Part shown: one piece after another, positions 17,261 through 26,622 of the stretch | How positions within the stretch are numbered: position 1 is the first letter of the stretch | Layout of the letters: each line of letters starts with the position of its first letter | Assembly (NCBI GenBank): GCA_035447445.1 | Contig: DAOTGZ010000002.1 | Coordinates: 1 to 42,885 of the forward strand | From: Spirochaetota bacterium | GTDB taxonomy: Bacteria > Spirochaetota > UBA4802 > JAFGJZ01 | Direction of reading: 5' to 3' | Length of the DNA: 42,885 nt | Made by a program: the position numbers and the translations under genes | Notes under the pieces: generated by a model | The model's database searches: none | What the model was told of the DNA's origin: nothing | Seen by the model: the letters and a program-made list of their open reading frames with translations, nothing else

Positions 17261-19855
17261 ATGAAAGCAGAAGAAATTGCAAAGAAGAATTTGGTAAAAA
17301 CTGAAGATGTGTTCAGCATCTGTAAAGACTTAGGTATTGAGTGTAAAGATGCCGAGAGTAGTCTCTCGGATAGTGATACCTTTCTGATTGAAAAGAAAAT
17401 TGAGACTATTATAGCCGAAAAGAAAGCTAAAACTCAAAAGAAAGCGTCTACCGGTGTTAAAAAAAAGATTAAATTGAAAAGAAAAGTTTCGGCAGATGCG
17501 GAATCTCATGTAATTTCTGAAATAAAAAAACATTCCGATGAAACTGCTCCAGAAAAAACAGGAGCTGATAAAACTTCTCAACCAAAGAGCGCTGTAAAAA
17601 AATCTTCAGAGCGACCTGCTGATAAGTCTAGTGCATCTGCGTCTCGTCCAGTTCAGGGGCGACCTGCAGCTTCTTCTTCATCAAGGAGTAATACAGCACG
17701 TCCACAAGGTTCTGATTCAAGACGTCCTGCTTCTGGAAACCGTCCGACACAGGGTACTCGTCCTGCGCAAGGTACACGTCCTGGGCAAGCTGCACGTCCG
17801 ACACAGGGTGCACGTCCGGCTCAGGGAGCCCGTCCCGGACAATCTTCAACCGGACAGCGTCGCCCGACAGGTGCGGGAGCTGCACCTTTTACTAAATCCA
17901 CACAAGAAGTTCCTGTAGCATCAGAAGTTGGCGATAAGTCTGGCAAGTCAAAAAGGCGTAATCGTGAACGTGATAAAGAACGAGAAAATCTTAAGAATAA
18001 ACGAAGTGAAAAACTTGATCGCGAACAGCGAGTATATAATAGCCACATTACAAAAAAACGAAAACCTGTTGTAAAACAGGTGCGTGAAGCAGTTACTCCG
18101 GATAGTATTGAAATAACTGAAAATATTTCTGTTGGCGACCTAGCCAAAAAACTTAATGTTAAAGCAAACGAAGTAATTGGAAAACTGATGAAATTAGGCG
18201 TTCTTGCCACAATTAATCAGATCCTTGACTCCGAAACTGCAGAAATTTTAGCTGAGGAGTACGGAACTTCTGTCAAAGTAGTATCATTATACGATGAAAC
18301 CGTAATAAAAGAAGATGAAATACAAAAGGATATAGATGTTATTCAACGACCGCCTATTGTTACTGTTATGGGACATGTCGATCATGGTAAAACCAAGCTT
18401 CTTGATACAATAAGAAAATCAAACGTTACAGCTGGTGAGCATGGAGGCATAACGCAGCATATTGGAGCCTATAAAGTAAAAGTACATGATCAGTGGGTAA
18501 CATTTCTTGATACGCCAGGCCATGCCGCCTTCACAACCATGCGAGCAAGGGGAGCGCGTGTAACCGATATTGTAATATTAATAGTAGCCGCTAATGATGG
18601 CGTTATGCCTCAAACAGTAGAGGCCATAAATCACGCTAAAGAGGCAAATGTTCCTATAATTGTTGCGATTAACAAGATTGATCTTCCTGAAGCTAATCCT
18701 GCGAAGGTTAGGCAAGAGCTTGCCGGGTATGATCTCGTGCCCGAGGAGTGGGGGGGGACAACACTCTATTGCGAAATAAGTGCTAAAAATGACATAAATG
18801 TAAACGCATTGCTTGAGCAGGTTCTTATGCAGGCCGAAATTCTTGAACTTAAGGCTAATCCAAGATTGAGGGCAAAGGGTTCTGTAATTGAAGCTAAGCT
18901 TGATCCGGGTCGTGGTGCTGTTGCTACTCTTCTTGTAGAGACAGGCACATTGCATGTTGGAGACTCATTCGTTGTTGGTATATATGCTGGTAAAATAAGA
19001 GCCATGTTTGATGATCAGGGGAACTCCGTTGCTGAAGCGGGACCTGCTATGCCTGTCGAGATATTGGGACTTGATGGTATACCATCAGCAGGTGATCCGT
19101 TCCAGGTTGTCGCCTCTGAAAAGTATGCCAAACAGATTGCGGGCAAGAGACAGGAGTTGCGACGTGTTGAATCTGCAAAACAGGTTAAAAAGGTATCTCT
19201 TGAAGATCTTAACGATATGATTAAGGAAGGAGAGGTACAGGATGTACGTCTCATTATTAAAGCAGATGTTGACGGTTCCGTTCAGGCTCTTAAAGATGCG
19301 CTTGAAAAACTGTCTACTGATGAAGTACGTGTTAAGGTGATACATGCTGCAGCAGGTGGAATCAACGAGTCAGATGTTATGCTGGCTTCCGCCTCAAATG
19401 CTATTGTTATAGGATATCATGTCAGACCTACTCCAAAAGTATCTGATCTGGCAGATCAGGAAAAAGTTTCGATAAAGACCTACAATATTATTTTTGAAGT
19501 TACTCAAGACATCAAAAGCGCTATGGAAGGCATGCTTAAACCGGATATCGAAGAAGAATCTACTGGTATGGCCGAAGTCATGCAGGTTTTCAAGATTTCA
19601 AAATTGGGAACAATTGCTGGATGTACAGTGATTAAGGGTAAGGTTCATAGAACGAACAAAGTTCGCCTTTTGCGTGACGGCGTTGTTCTTTTTGATGGAG
19701 ATTTGAAATCGCTTAAACGCTTTAAGGATGATGCAAATGAAGTTGAAATGGGACAGGAGTGCGGTATAGGGCTAAATAAATTTAATGATATAAAAGTTGG
19801 TGATATTTTTGAATCTTACAGGCTTGTCGAAATAGCTAAAAAGTTGGGTGATTAA
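17261..19855 (+). CDS. infB: translation initiation factor IF-2
   Basis: 864-aa ORF with GTPase motifs [13 protein letters not shown] and NKID. Domain order is conserved and the N-terminal region is low-complexity. Confidence 0.97.
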   Translation: MKAEEIAKKNLVKTEDVFSICKDLGIECKDAESSLSDSDTFLIEKKIETIIAEKKAKTQKKASTGVKKKIKLKRKVSADAESHVISEIKKHSDETAPEKTGADKTSQPKSAVKKSSERPADKSSASASRPVQGRPAASSSSRSNTARPQGSDSRRPASGNRPTQGTRPAQGTRPGQAARPTQGARPAQGARPGQSSTGQRRPTGAGAAPFTKSTQEVPVASEVGDKSGKSKRRNRERDKERENLKNKRSEKLDREQRVYNSHITKKRKPVVKQVREAVTPDSIEITENISVGDLAKKLNVKANEVIGKLMKLGVLATINQILDSETAEILAEEYGTSVKVVSLYDETVIKEDEIQKDIDVIQRPPIVTVMGHVDHGKTKLLDTIRKSNVTAGEHGGITQHIGAYKVKVHDQWVTFLDTPGHAAFTTMRARGARVTDIVILIVAANDGVMPQTVEAINHAKEANVPIIVAINKIDLPEANPAKVRQELAGYDLVPEEWGGTTLYCEISAKNDINVNALLEQVLMQAEILELKANPRLRAKGSVIEAKLDPGRGAVATLLVETGTLHVGDSFVVGIYAGKIRAMFDDQGNSVAEAGPAMPVEILGLDGIPSAGDPFQVVASEKYAKQIAGKRQELRRVESAKQVKKVSLEDLNDMIKEGEVQDVRLIIKADVDGSVQALKDALEKLSTDEVRVKVIHAAAGGINESDVMLASASNAIVIGYHVRPTPKVSDLADQEKVSIKTYNIIFEVTQDIKSAMEGMLKPDIEEESTGMAEVMQVFKISKLGTIAGCTVIKGKVHRTNKVRLLRDGVVLFDGDLKSLKRFKDDANEVEMGQECGIGLNKFNDIKVGDIFESYRLVEIAKKLGD
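17723..17848 (+). repeat. in-frame 18-nt tandem repeat (about 7 units) inside infB
   Basis: CGTCC recurs at 17723, 17741, 17759, 17777, 17795, 17813 and 17831. It encodes [42 protein letters not shown]. The segment is visibly more GC-rich than its surroundings. Confidence 0.85.
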
Positions 19856-20222
19856 ATTGTCATCATACCGAAAAGAAAAGCTTGAAGAGTTGATAAAAAG
19901 GTTAGTTGCAGGTCTTTTATTAAAAGAGATAAAAGATAGTCGAATTGGGTTTATTTCCATTTCAAGAGTAGAAATTTCAAAGGATTACAGTAGTGCTAAT
20001 GTGTTTTTTTCGGTTTTAGGTAGTGAAAAAAACATTAAAGACTCATTTTTTGGTCTTGAGTCGGCTAAAGGGTTTATACGCAAAAAAATTGGTAAGAGTC
20101 TGAAATTAAGGCATATTCCTGATTTAAAATTTGTTTATGATGATTCCGTAGCGGAAGGAGTAAATCTGGTAAACCTTATTGACAAGGTAAACGCTCCCAA
20201 AGCAGATAGTCCGGATGAATAA
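19848..20222 (+). CDS. rbfA: ribosome-binding factor A
   Basis: 124-aa ORF whose GTG start overlaps the infB stop. It has the RbfA pattern (R..K..E.I...L..LL...IKD.R.G...I..V.ISKD...A.V) and the conserved position between infB and truB. Confidence 0.85.
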   Translation: MIKLSSYRKEKLEELIKRLVAGLLLKEIKDSRIGFISISRVEISKDYSSANVFFSVLGSEKNIKDSFFGLESAKGFIRKKIGKSLKLRHIPDLKFVYDDSVAEGVNLVNLIDKVNAPKADSPDE

Positions 20223-21120
20223 AACGGCTTTCAATGATAAAGTTATACTTATCGACAAACAGAAAGGTTTAACTTCTTTTGATACAATATCTCGGCTAAA
20301 AAAAAAAGTCGGGATAAAAAAAATCGGTCATTCAGGGACTCTTGATCGTTTGGCATCCGGTCTTCTGGTAGTTGCGACAGGAAAAGCCACAAAATTAACC
20401 AGATATTTTCTGGATTCTGATAAGACTTACAATGCGGTAGTTCAGCTCGGTATAGTTACCGATACTCTTGATGCCGATGGAACTGTTGTTAGTTCTGCCA
20501 GTGTCACTACTGAGCATATGGCGGGGGTATGTGCCGTTCTCGATTCATTTGTCGGGAAAATCGAACAGGTACCTCCACTATATTCCGCGTTGAAAATAGA
20601 TGGGAAAAGAGTGTCCGATCGCGTACGCGACGGTGAAGCTCTAACTTTGGGGTCAAGATCTGTAAATGTGTATTCCATAGATCTAATAAGTACTGATCCC
20701 GTCAGAAGCACTTTTGAAATGAGGGTGCAGTGCTCAAAAGGAACTTATATTCGATCTTTAGCGCGTGATATCGGGCAAAAGCTAGGGTGCGGAGCTTCCA
20801 TACTGGATCTTCGAAGAACAGCCTCCGGTGAATTTTCGGTAGAGCAAGCAGTTTCTGTGGAGAATGTCTCGGCCGATGCTGATGAGCGGAATTATATTGT
20901 AACAATTGAGTCTGCGTTAAAATTCATGAATCAGGTTACAGTCGATAAGAGTGCTGTAACACGTATTATGAATGGAGCCTGGTTTGACGAGGGATCGCTT
21001 CTGTCTGTTGATAACCGTGGGTCGGATTACTGCGCGGTATCTGACGGTAAAATGGTTCTTGCAATAGCAAAGATCAATTTTAACGATTGGCACGTTGTTT
21101 ATGAAAACGTGTTTAACTAA
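20215..21120 (+). CDS. truB: tRNA pseudouridine(55) synthase TruB
   Basis: GHSGTLDRLASGLLVV contains the catalytic Asp motif. The PPLYSALKIDGKR and GTYIRSLARDIG motifs are present. Confidence 0.93.
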   Translation: MNKTAFNDKVILIDKQKGLTSFDTISRLKKKVGIKKIGHSGTLDRLASGLLVVATGKATKLTRYFLDSDKTYNAVVQLGIVTDTLDADGTVVSSASVTTEHMAGVCAVLDSFVGKIEQVPPLYSALKIDGKRVSDRVRDGEALTLGSRSVNVYSIDLISTDPVRSTFEMRVQCSKGTYIRSLARDIGQKLGCGASILDLRRTASGEFSVEQAVSVENVSADADERNYIVTIESALKFMNQVTVDKSAVTRIMNGAWFDEGSLLSVDNRGSDYCAVSDGKMVLAIAKINFNDWHVVYENVFN

Positions 21121-21302
21121 AAAGGAGCGCTTTGTCGGGTAATTGTAAATGTGTTATCCGGGTTTGCGTTGTCCCTGTATATGTTTTTTCTCTGAATATC
21201 GCGTTTAGCGTATGTGGGGTTTTGATATATACAAAAATTGGGCGGTTAAAAAAATTATAACTGCTATGATAAAATTATCTATAACTATTTGGAGAAAACA
21301 AA

Positions 21303-21560
21303 ATGAAAGAAAAAAAAGAAGTAATCACACCTTATAAAAGACATGATTCTGACACCGGTTCTCCGGAGGTTCAAATTGCTCTTTTAACTGAAAGAATTAA
21401 TCATCTTACAGAACATTTTAAAGTACATAAAAAGGATTTTCATTCCAGAAGAGGCTTACTGAAAATGGTCGGTCAGCGCAGAAGGTTATTGGATTACCTT
21501 AAAAAGAAAGATCTCGGCAAATACAGAGAGCTGATTGCATCACTAGGTATTAGAAAGTAA
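21303..21560 (+). CDS. rpsO: 30S ribosomal protein S15
   Basis: 85-aa ORF containing [46 protein letters not shown] lies upstream. Confidence 0.96.
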   Translation: MKEKKEVITPYKRHDSDTGSPEVQIALLTERINHLTEHFKVHKKDFHSRRGLLKMVGQRRRLLDYLKKKDLGKYRELIASLGIRK

Positions 21561-21586
21561 TTTTGCCGAATACAAGGAGTTACACA

Positions 21587-23671
21587 ATGTCTCATGATTA
21601 TGAAGTTGAAGTAGGCGGCAAAAAAATTATATTTAGTACTGGTGAAATGGCAAAACAAGCGCATGGTTCAGTTACTGTGCGTCTTGGTGATACCATGATA
21701 CTTGCTACAGCAGTTGCTGCTCCAAGCGCAAGTGAGGGACGTGATTTTTTCCCACTGCAAATTGAATACAAAGAAAAATATTATGCTTCGGGTAGAATTC
21801 CCGGTGGATATGTGAAAAGAGAGGGGCGTCCTGGGGACCATGAAGTATTGATCTGTCGTATTACTGACCGCCCTTTACGCCCACTATTCCCCAAAGATTT
21901 CTTGAACGAAGTGCAAATAGCCATTACCGTTATTTCATCAGATAAAAAGGAGTTGGCCGATGTACTTGCAATAAATGGAGCTTCGGCTGCTCTTTCAATA
22001 TCAGGTATTCCTTTCCATGGTCCGGTTGGTGCTGTGCGTATAGGACGCATAGATGGAAATTTTATTGTAAATCCCACTGTGGTTCAAACAGAGGAGAGCG
22101 ATATTGATCTAATGGTTGCCGGGACAGAGCGTGCGGTTACCATGATTGAAGGATCGTCTAAAAATATTTCAGAAGCCGATATGCTAGCTGCCGTTGAATG
22201 TGCACATGAAAATATCAAAATTATCTGTGCGGCACAGAAACAGCTTATGGAAAAACATGCTAAGCCGTTTATGGAATATAAGCCGAAAGAAAAAAACAAC
22301 GAATTAGCATCGATAGTTAGAGAGAAGTATTACGCTGAAGTTGAAGCATTGATGAATATCCACATGAAAAAAGAGCGTGAAGCTGCCTATAACGCAATAG
22401 TTGAAAAGGCAAAGGCAGAACTTGAAGAGCGTTTTTGTGATGATATTGGTGAAGTTGAACCTATTATTCATGATATGGATAAAGATGTGGTACGTCAGGC
22501 CATACTTGATGGAAAAAGAACTGATGGCAGATCTCATGATCAGATACGCCCGATTACTATAAGAACCAGTGTTCTTCCCGGAGCTCACGGTTCTGCCCTT
22601 TTTACACGTGGTGAAACTCAAAGTCTGGGTACTGTAACTTTGGGTACCGAAAAAGATTCAATGCGTATTGATTCAATGAACGGTGATGCAAACCGTTATT
22701 TCTTTTTACATTATAACTTTCCTCCATATTCTGTGGGAGAGTGTGGACGTTTCGGTGGTACCGGACGACGTGAGATCGGTCATGGAATGTTGGCCGAACG
22801 AGCATTAACTTATGCTATTCCTGATATTAAGGATTTTCCTTATACTGTTAGAGTAGTATCTGAAATTCTTGAATCTAATGGATCATCATCTATGGCATCT
22901 ATCTGCTCAGGTTCACTAGCTCTTTATGATGCGGGTGTAAAAACGAAGTCACCGATTGCGGGTATTGCAATGGGACTTGTTCTTGAAGGTGATCGCCATG
23001 CTGTCTTGTCTGATATTCAAGGGTTGGAAGATCATCTTGGAGATATGGATTTCAAGGTTGCTGGAACGGAAGATGGTATTACCGCGTTTCAGCTGGATAT
23101 CAAGATTGAAGGTATAACATCTGAAATTATGCGAGAAGCACTTGAGCAAGCTCGTAAAGGACGTCTTCATATCCTCTCCGAGATGAGTAAGGCCCTGCCT
23201 GTACCTCGCGAAGAGCTAAAACCGAATGCTCCACGTATCAGTGAGATTAAGATCCCTACTGACAAAATAGGGGAGCTAATTGGTACTGGTGGTAAAAACA
23301 TCAAGGGTATCATAGAAGAGACAGGTTCGGAAATCAATGTGAGTGAGGATGGCACAGTTAGAATATATTCTTCAGATCAGAGTATACTTAATGCCACAAA
23401 AGAACTTGTTGAGCGTTCTATTGCCGAAGTCGAAAAAATGAAGATTTATGAGGGTACTGTTAAGCGTATAGCCGATTTTGGAGCTTTTGTTGAAATTTTG
23501 CCCGGTAAAGAGGGGTTGTTGCATATATCCAAAATTGACCACAAACGAATCAAGCAAGTTACCGATGTTTTACAAGTTGGTGACAAGGTCAAGGTAAAGG
23601 TTATGAATGTTGACAAAGGTGGCCGTATGGACCTAAGCCGTAAGGATGCACTTCCACCGGAATCGGAGTGA
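21587..23671 (+). CDS. pnp: polyribonucleotide nucleotidyltransferase (PNPase)
   Basis: It has two RNase PH domains, a KH domain (IGELIGTGGKNIKGIIEETG) and an S1 domain (GTVKRIADFGAFVEILPGKEGLLHIS). I prefer ATG 21587 (AAGGAG 8 nt upstream) to the TTG at 21563. Confidence 0.95.
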   Translation: MSHDYEVEVGGKKIIFSTGEMAKQAHGSVTVRLGDTMILATAVAAPSASEGRDFFPLQIEYKEKYYASGRIPGGYVKREGRPGDHEVLICRITDRPLRPLFPKDFLNEVQIAITVISSDKKELADVLAINGASAALSISGIPFHGPVGAVRIGRIDGNFIVNPTVVQTEESDIDLMVAGTERAVTMIEGSSKNISEADMLAAVECAHENIKIICAAQKQLMEKHAKPFMEYKPKEKNNELASIVREKYYAEVEALMNIHMKKEREAAYNAIVEKAKAELEERFCDDIGEVEPIIHDMDKDVVRQAILDGKRTDGRSHDQIRPITIRTSVLPGAHGSALFTRGETQSLGTVTLGTEKDSMRIDSMNGDANRYFFLHYNFPPYSVGECGRFGGTGRREIGHGMLAERALTYAIPDIKDFPYTVRVVSEILESNGSSSMASICSGSLALYDAGVKTKSPIAGIAMGLVLEGDRHAVLSDIQGLEDHLGDMDFKVAGTEDGITAFQLDIKIEGITSEIMREALEQARKGRLHILSEMSKALPVPREELKPNAPRISEIKIPTDKIGELIGTGGKNIKGIIEETGSEINVSEDGTVRIYSSDQSILNATKELVERSIAEVEKMKIYEGTVKRIADFGAFVEILPGKEGLLHISKIDHKRIKQVTDVLQVGDKVKVKVMNVDKGGRMDLSRKDALPPESE

Positions 23672-23684
23672 TGTTATCAGTACG

Positions 23685-24953
23685 ATGAAAAGATATACTC
23701 TTGCGAACGGTCTTGTTGTAATTATGCAGCCCATAGAGCATGCAGTGTCGGCTTCAGTTGGTCTTTGGGTTAAAACTGGATCGCGAGATGAATTGCCTGA
23801 ACAGTATGGATATGCTCACTTTGTTGAGCATATGCTGTTTAAGGGAACTCCCCGATATACCGCAAAAGAGTTGGCTCAGCTTGTTGATCGCATCGGCGGT
23901 CAGCATAATGCGGCCACAAATAAAGAATATACCTGCTATTATTTGAATGTAGTATCAGATTATTGTGTAACCGCTGTAGATGTTCTTGCTGATATGTTTT
24001 ATAACCCCCTTTTTATTGACGCAGAAATCGAAAAAGAGAAGGGTGTTGTAATTGAAGAGATTGGCATGTACGAAGACACTCCGGATGAGCATATTCACGA
24101 TCTTTTTACTTCCGTAATGTTTAACGGACACCCTTTAGCTCATCTAATATTGGGAACCAATGAGAGTGTTTCCTCAATTTCACGCAATACTATAACCTCA
24201 TTTTATGATTCTTGTTACGGTACTGGCAATAGCGTACTTGTTGTTGCAGGTTGCTTCGATTTGGAAGAGATTACTTTGAAAATTGAAGAGTGTTTTGCGC
24301 AAAAAAGAGGATATGAAAAGAATATTGACCTCTCTTCTGTGTATTCTCAAATGAATACTGAGCGGATATACCGGCACCATGTGGATAGGGAACTTGAACA
24401 GGTCCATTTTTGTCTAGGTGTTGACGGGTATAAAAAACAGGTTGCAGATAGATGGGCTCTTTATCTTGTGAGTACAATACTTGGTGGGAGCATGTCTTCT
24501 CGTCTCTTCCAGAGGGTACGCGAAGATGAAGGACTCTGTTATTCCGTTTATAGTTTTCATTCTTCTTATAGAGATACCGGAGCTTTTGGTGTATATTGTG
24601 GCACATCTTCTGAAAAGTATGAAAGGGCACTTAAACTTATACTTGACGAACTGGATATTATTGTTAATAAGGGTATAAGCGAGAGTGAACTGGATGATGC
24701 AAAAAGATTTATGAAAGGTAATCTTGCACTTTCACTTGAAAGCATTGAAGTTCGAATGGGGCAACTTGCTCGGGATGAGATACATTACGGAGCTTTTAGC
24801 TCTTATGATGATATAGTAAAAAATATTTTTTCTGTTACAACGGCTGATTTTGACAGAGTTGTGCGGGATCTTTTTAATAATAAGCGAATTTCACTGGTTT
24901 CAATCGGAAATAAAGTAAAGTACGACGACAGGCCGCTTTATATCGGTCAATAA
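23685..24953 (+). CDS. M16-family (insulinase/pitrilysin-like) zinc peptidase
   Basis: It has the inverted zinc motif HFVEH (HxxEH) and a downstream E. The start is probably MKRYTLANGLVV at 23685 rather than 23646, which would overlap pnp. Confidence 0.85.
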   Translation: MKRYTLANGLVVIMQPIEHAVSASVGLWVKTGSRDELPEQYGYAHFVEHMLFKGTPRYTAKELAQLVDRIGGQHNAATNKEYTCYYLNVVSDYCVTAVDVLADMFYNPLFIDAEIEKEKGVVIEEIGMYEDTPDEHIHDLFTSVMFNGHPLAHLILGTNESVSSISRNTITSFYDSCYGTGNSVLVVAGCFDLEEITLKIEECFAQKRGYEKNIDLSSVYSQMNTERIYRHHVDRELEQVHFCLGVDGYKKQVADRWALYLVSTILGGSMSSRLFQRVREDEGLCYSVYSFHSSYRDTGAFGVYCGTSSEKYERALKLILDELDIIVNKGISESELDDAKRFMKGNLALSLESIEVRMGQLARDEIHYGAFSSYDDIVKNIFSVTTADFDRVVRDLFNNKRISLVSIGNKVKYDDRPLYIGQ

Positions 24954-24962
24954 TGAGGAATA

Positions 24963-25370
24963 ATGGCACCAAGAATTGACAGTTTAAACAGTACAATAGG
25001 CGATGGATCGGTTTTTGAAGGTAAATTTTATATAAATGGATCTTTAAAAATTGATGGAAAGTTTGAGGGTGAAATTAAGACTGATGAGGAACTTGTTGTT
25101 GGTGAAACCGGCAAGGTTAGGACAAATATAGAAGCCAAATCGGTTACTGTTGCCGGTACAGTTATAGGCAATATCAAAGCACTTAATGAGGTTAGACTTC
25201 TTGAAACAGCAAAGGTTCTTGGTGATATAGAGGCTCCTAATGTTTCTGTGCAGAAAGGTGTTGTATTAACAGGACGTATAAATATTTGTGGTGAATATAA
25301 AAAAGATTTGGAAAAAGTCGTGGAAGATTCATATAACTCGACTCCTTTGGAAAAATATAAAAAACAGTAA
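24963..25370 (+). CDS. bactofilin (polymer-forming cytoskeletal protein)
   Basis: 135-aa ORF with the characteristic beta-helical repeat pattern (G.F.G......G.L.I.G.F.G.I.....L.V...G.V...I.A..V.V.G.V.G.I.A...V.L...A.V.GDI....V....G). GAGGA lies upstream. Confidence 0.88.
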   Translation: MAPRIDSLNSTIGDGSVFEGKFYINGSLKIDGKFEGEIKTDEELVVGETGKVRTNIEAKSVTVAGTVIGNIKALNEVRLLETAKVLGDIEAPNVSVQKGVVLTGRINICGEYKKDLEKVVEDSYNSTPLEKYKKQ

Positions 25371-25487
25371 TAATAAGGCGTGATATAGATCGGATATTGC
25401 ACTTTTTTCCAACCGAATGGACGGATTTTAAAAAAAGTGTGCAAATTTTGAAGATGTGCCGATATATACGGTATACGGTATAAATAT

Positions 25488-26486
25488 ATGCAGAAATTTA
25501 CAATACGAAAGCTCTCTGTTTCCCGAATCCATAATGAGATTATGTTTGTTTATCGTGGAAAGGAAAACATATATGTTAAGAAGTTTACATTTAGTGTAAA
25601 TCGTCTGTATCACCGTTTGCTCTATTTTGTTGGAGCTTCAGTTTTGACTATTGCCTTGGTAATTGCTCTGCCTTTCGGAGGAAAGAACGCCGATTCGAGT
25701 ACACCAGAAGATGAAGAACTTAAAAATGATATTCTTCTTTCCGATGAGACTGATTTTACAGAACAGGATAAACGTAAGCCATTGGCTGTACAGATTTATA
25801 AAGTGCAACAGGGAGATACTCTAAGTGAAATAGCGGCAAAGTTTGGAGTATCAACTGATACAATCTGCGGATCGAGTGGGCTTACTTCTTATGATTTTCT
25901 AAAAATAGGTCAGGTTTTAAAGATCCCAGATCGAGACGGTATGCTTGTAACCGTTAAAGAAGGCGAAAAGCTAATAGACATTGCCCAAAAGTACAAGATT
26001 CCTGTTGAAAATATTATGGCTCATAATCAGCTATTAAACCCTGACTTTTTGCCAGTAGGGTATGATATTTTTCTTCCCGATGCTAAGCCGCAAAATATAA
26101 TAAAGGGTTTTATGTGGCCTACATTCTCACGTAGAATTACTTCGGCGTATGGTTGGCGAATTCATCCGATAAGTGGTCGACGTCAGTTTCATCATGGAGT
26201 TGATATTCGTTCGCGTTATCAAGATATAAAAGCAGCTAAATATGGCAAAGTAACTTTCGCTGGCTCAATGGGAGGGTATGGTCGTGCAATCATTATAGCT
26301 CACCCAGGCAATCAGAAGACATTATATGCGCATTTGTCAAAATTATATGTTAAATCTGGCCAATATGTACGCCAAGGACAAATGATTGCGCGTAGTGGTA
26401 ACTCCGGTTATTCAGCTGGGCCTCACCTCCATTTTGAAATAATTGAAAATGGTAAACATATAAATCCGAGACGTCATCTCAAGTAA
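25488..26486 (+). CDS. LysM-domain M23 metallopeptidase
   Basis: It has a TM anchor and two LysM repeats (YKVQQGDTLSEIAAKFGVS...; VTVKEGEKLIDIAQKYKIPV...). M23 motifs are HHGVDI and GPHLHFEI. Confidence 0.88.
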   Translation: MQKFTIRKLSVSRIHNEIMFVYRGKENIYVKKFTFSVNRLYHRLLYFVGASVLTIALVIALPFGGKNADSSTPEDEELKNDILLSDETDFTEQDKRKPLAVQIYKVQQGDTLSEIAAKFGVSTDTICGSSGLTSYDFLKIGQVLKIPDRDGMLVTVKEGEKLIDIAQKYKIPVENIMAHNQLLNPDFLPVGYDIFLPDAKPQNIIKGFMWPTFSRRITSAYGWRIHPISGRRQFHHGVDIRSRYQDIKAAKYGKVTFAGSMGGYGRAIIIAHPGNQKTLYAHLSKLYVKSGQYVRQGQMIARSGNSGYSAGPHLHFEIIENGKHINPRRHLK

Positions 26487-26622
26487 TCTTTGCTTGTGAC
26501 TGTTTATAATTGCGTGTCATAAGAAAAAAATACTTGCTTCAATTAACCTCTCCTTTAAAGAATCTAAAAACAAAGCAGTTATGCTATTTTCTTATCTAAT
26601 TATATTTTTCCGGAGATAAAAA

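Noticed and set aside
21121-21302. Looked for a structured S15 autoregulatory leader or truB terminator upstream of rpsO
   Set aside because: Only a weak 6-bp hairpin (GGGTAA/TTATCC) is present, with no U-tract. I cannot support a call by eye.
25465-25482. TATACGG TATACGG TATA direct repeat just upstream of the LysM/M23 gene
   Set aside because: Only two 7-nt units are present, which is within chance expectation in AT-rich spacer DNA.
26487-26622. Looked for a T-box leader upstream of glyS
   Set aside because: No specifier-loop or T-box consensus and no terminator/antiterminator pair is visible.
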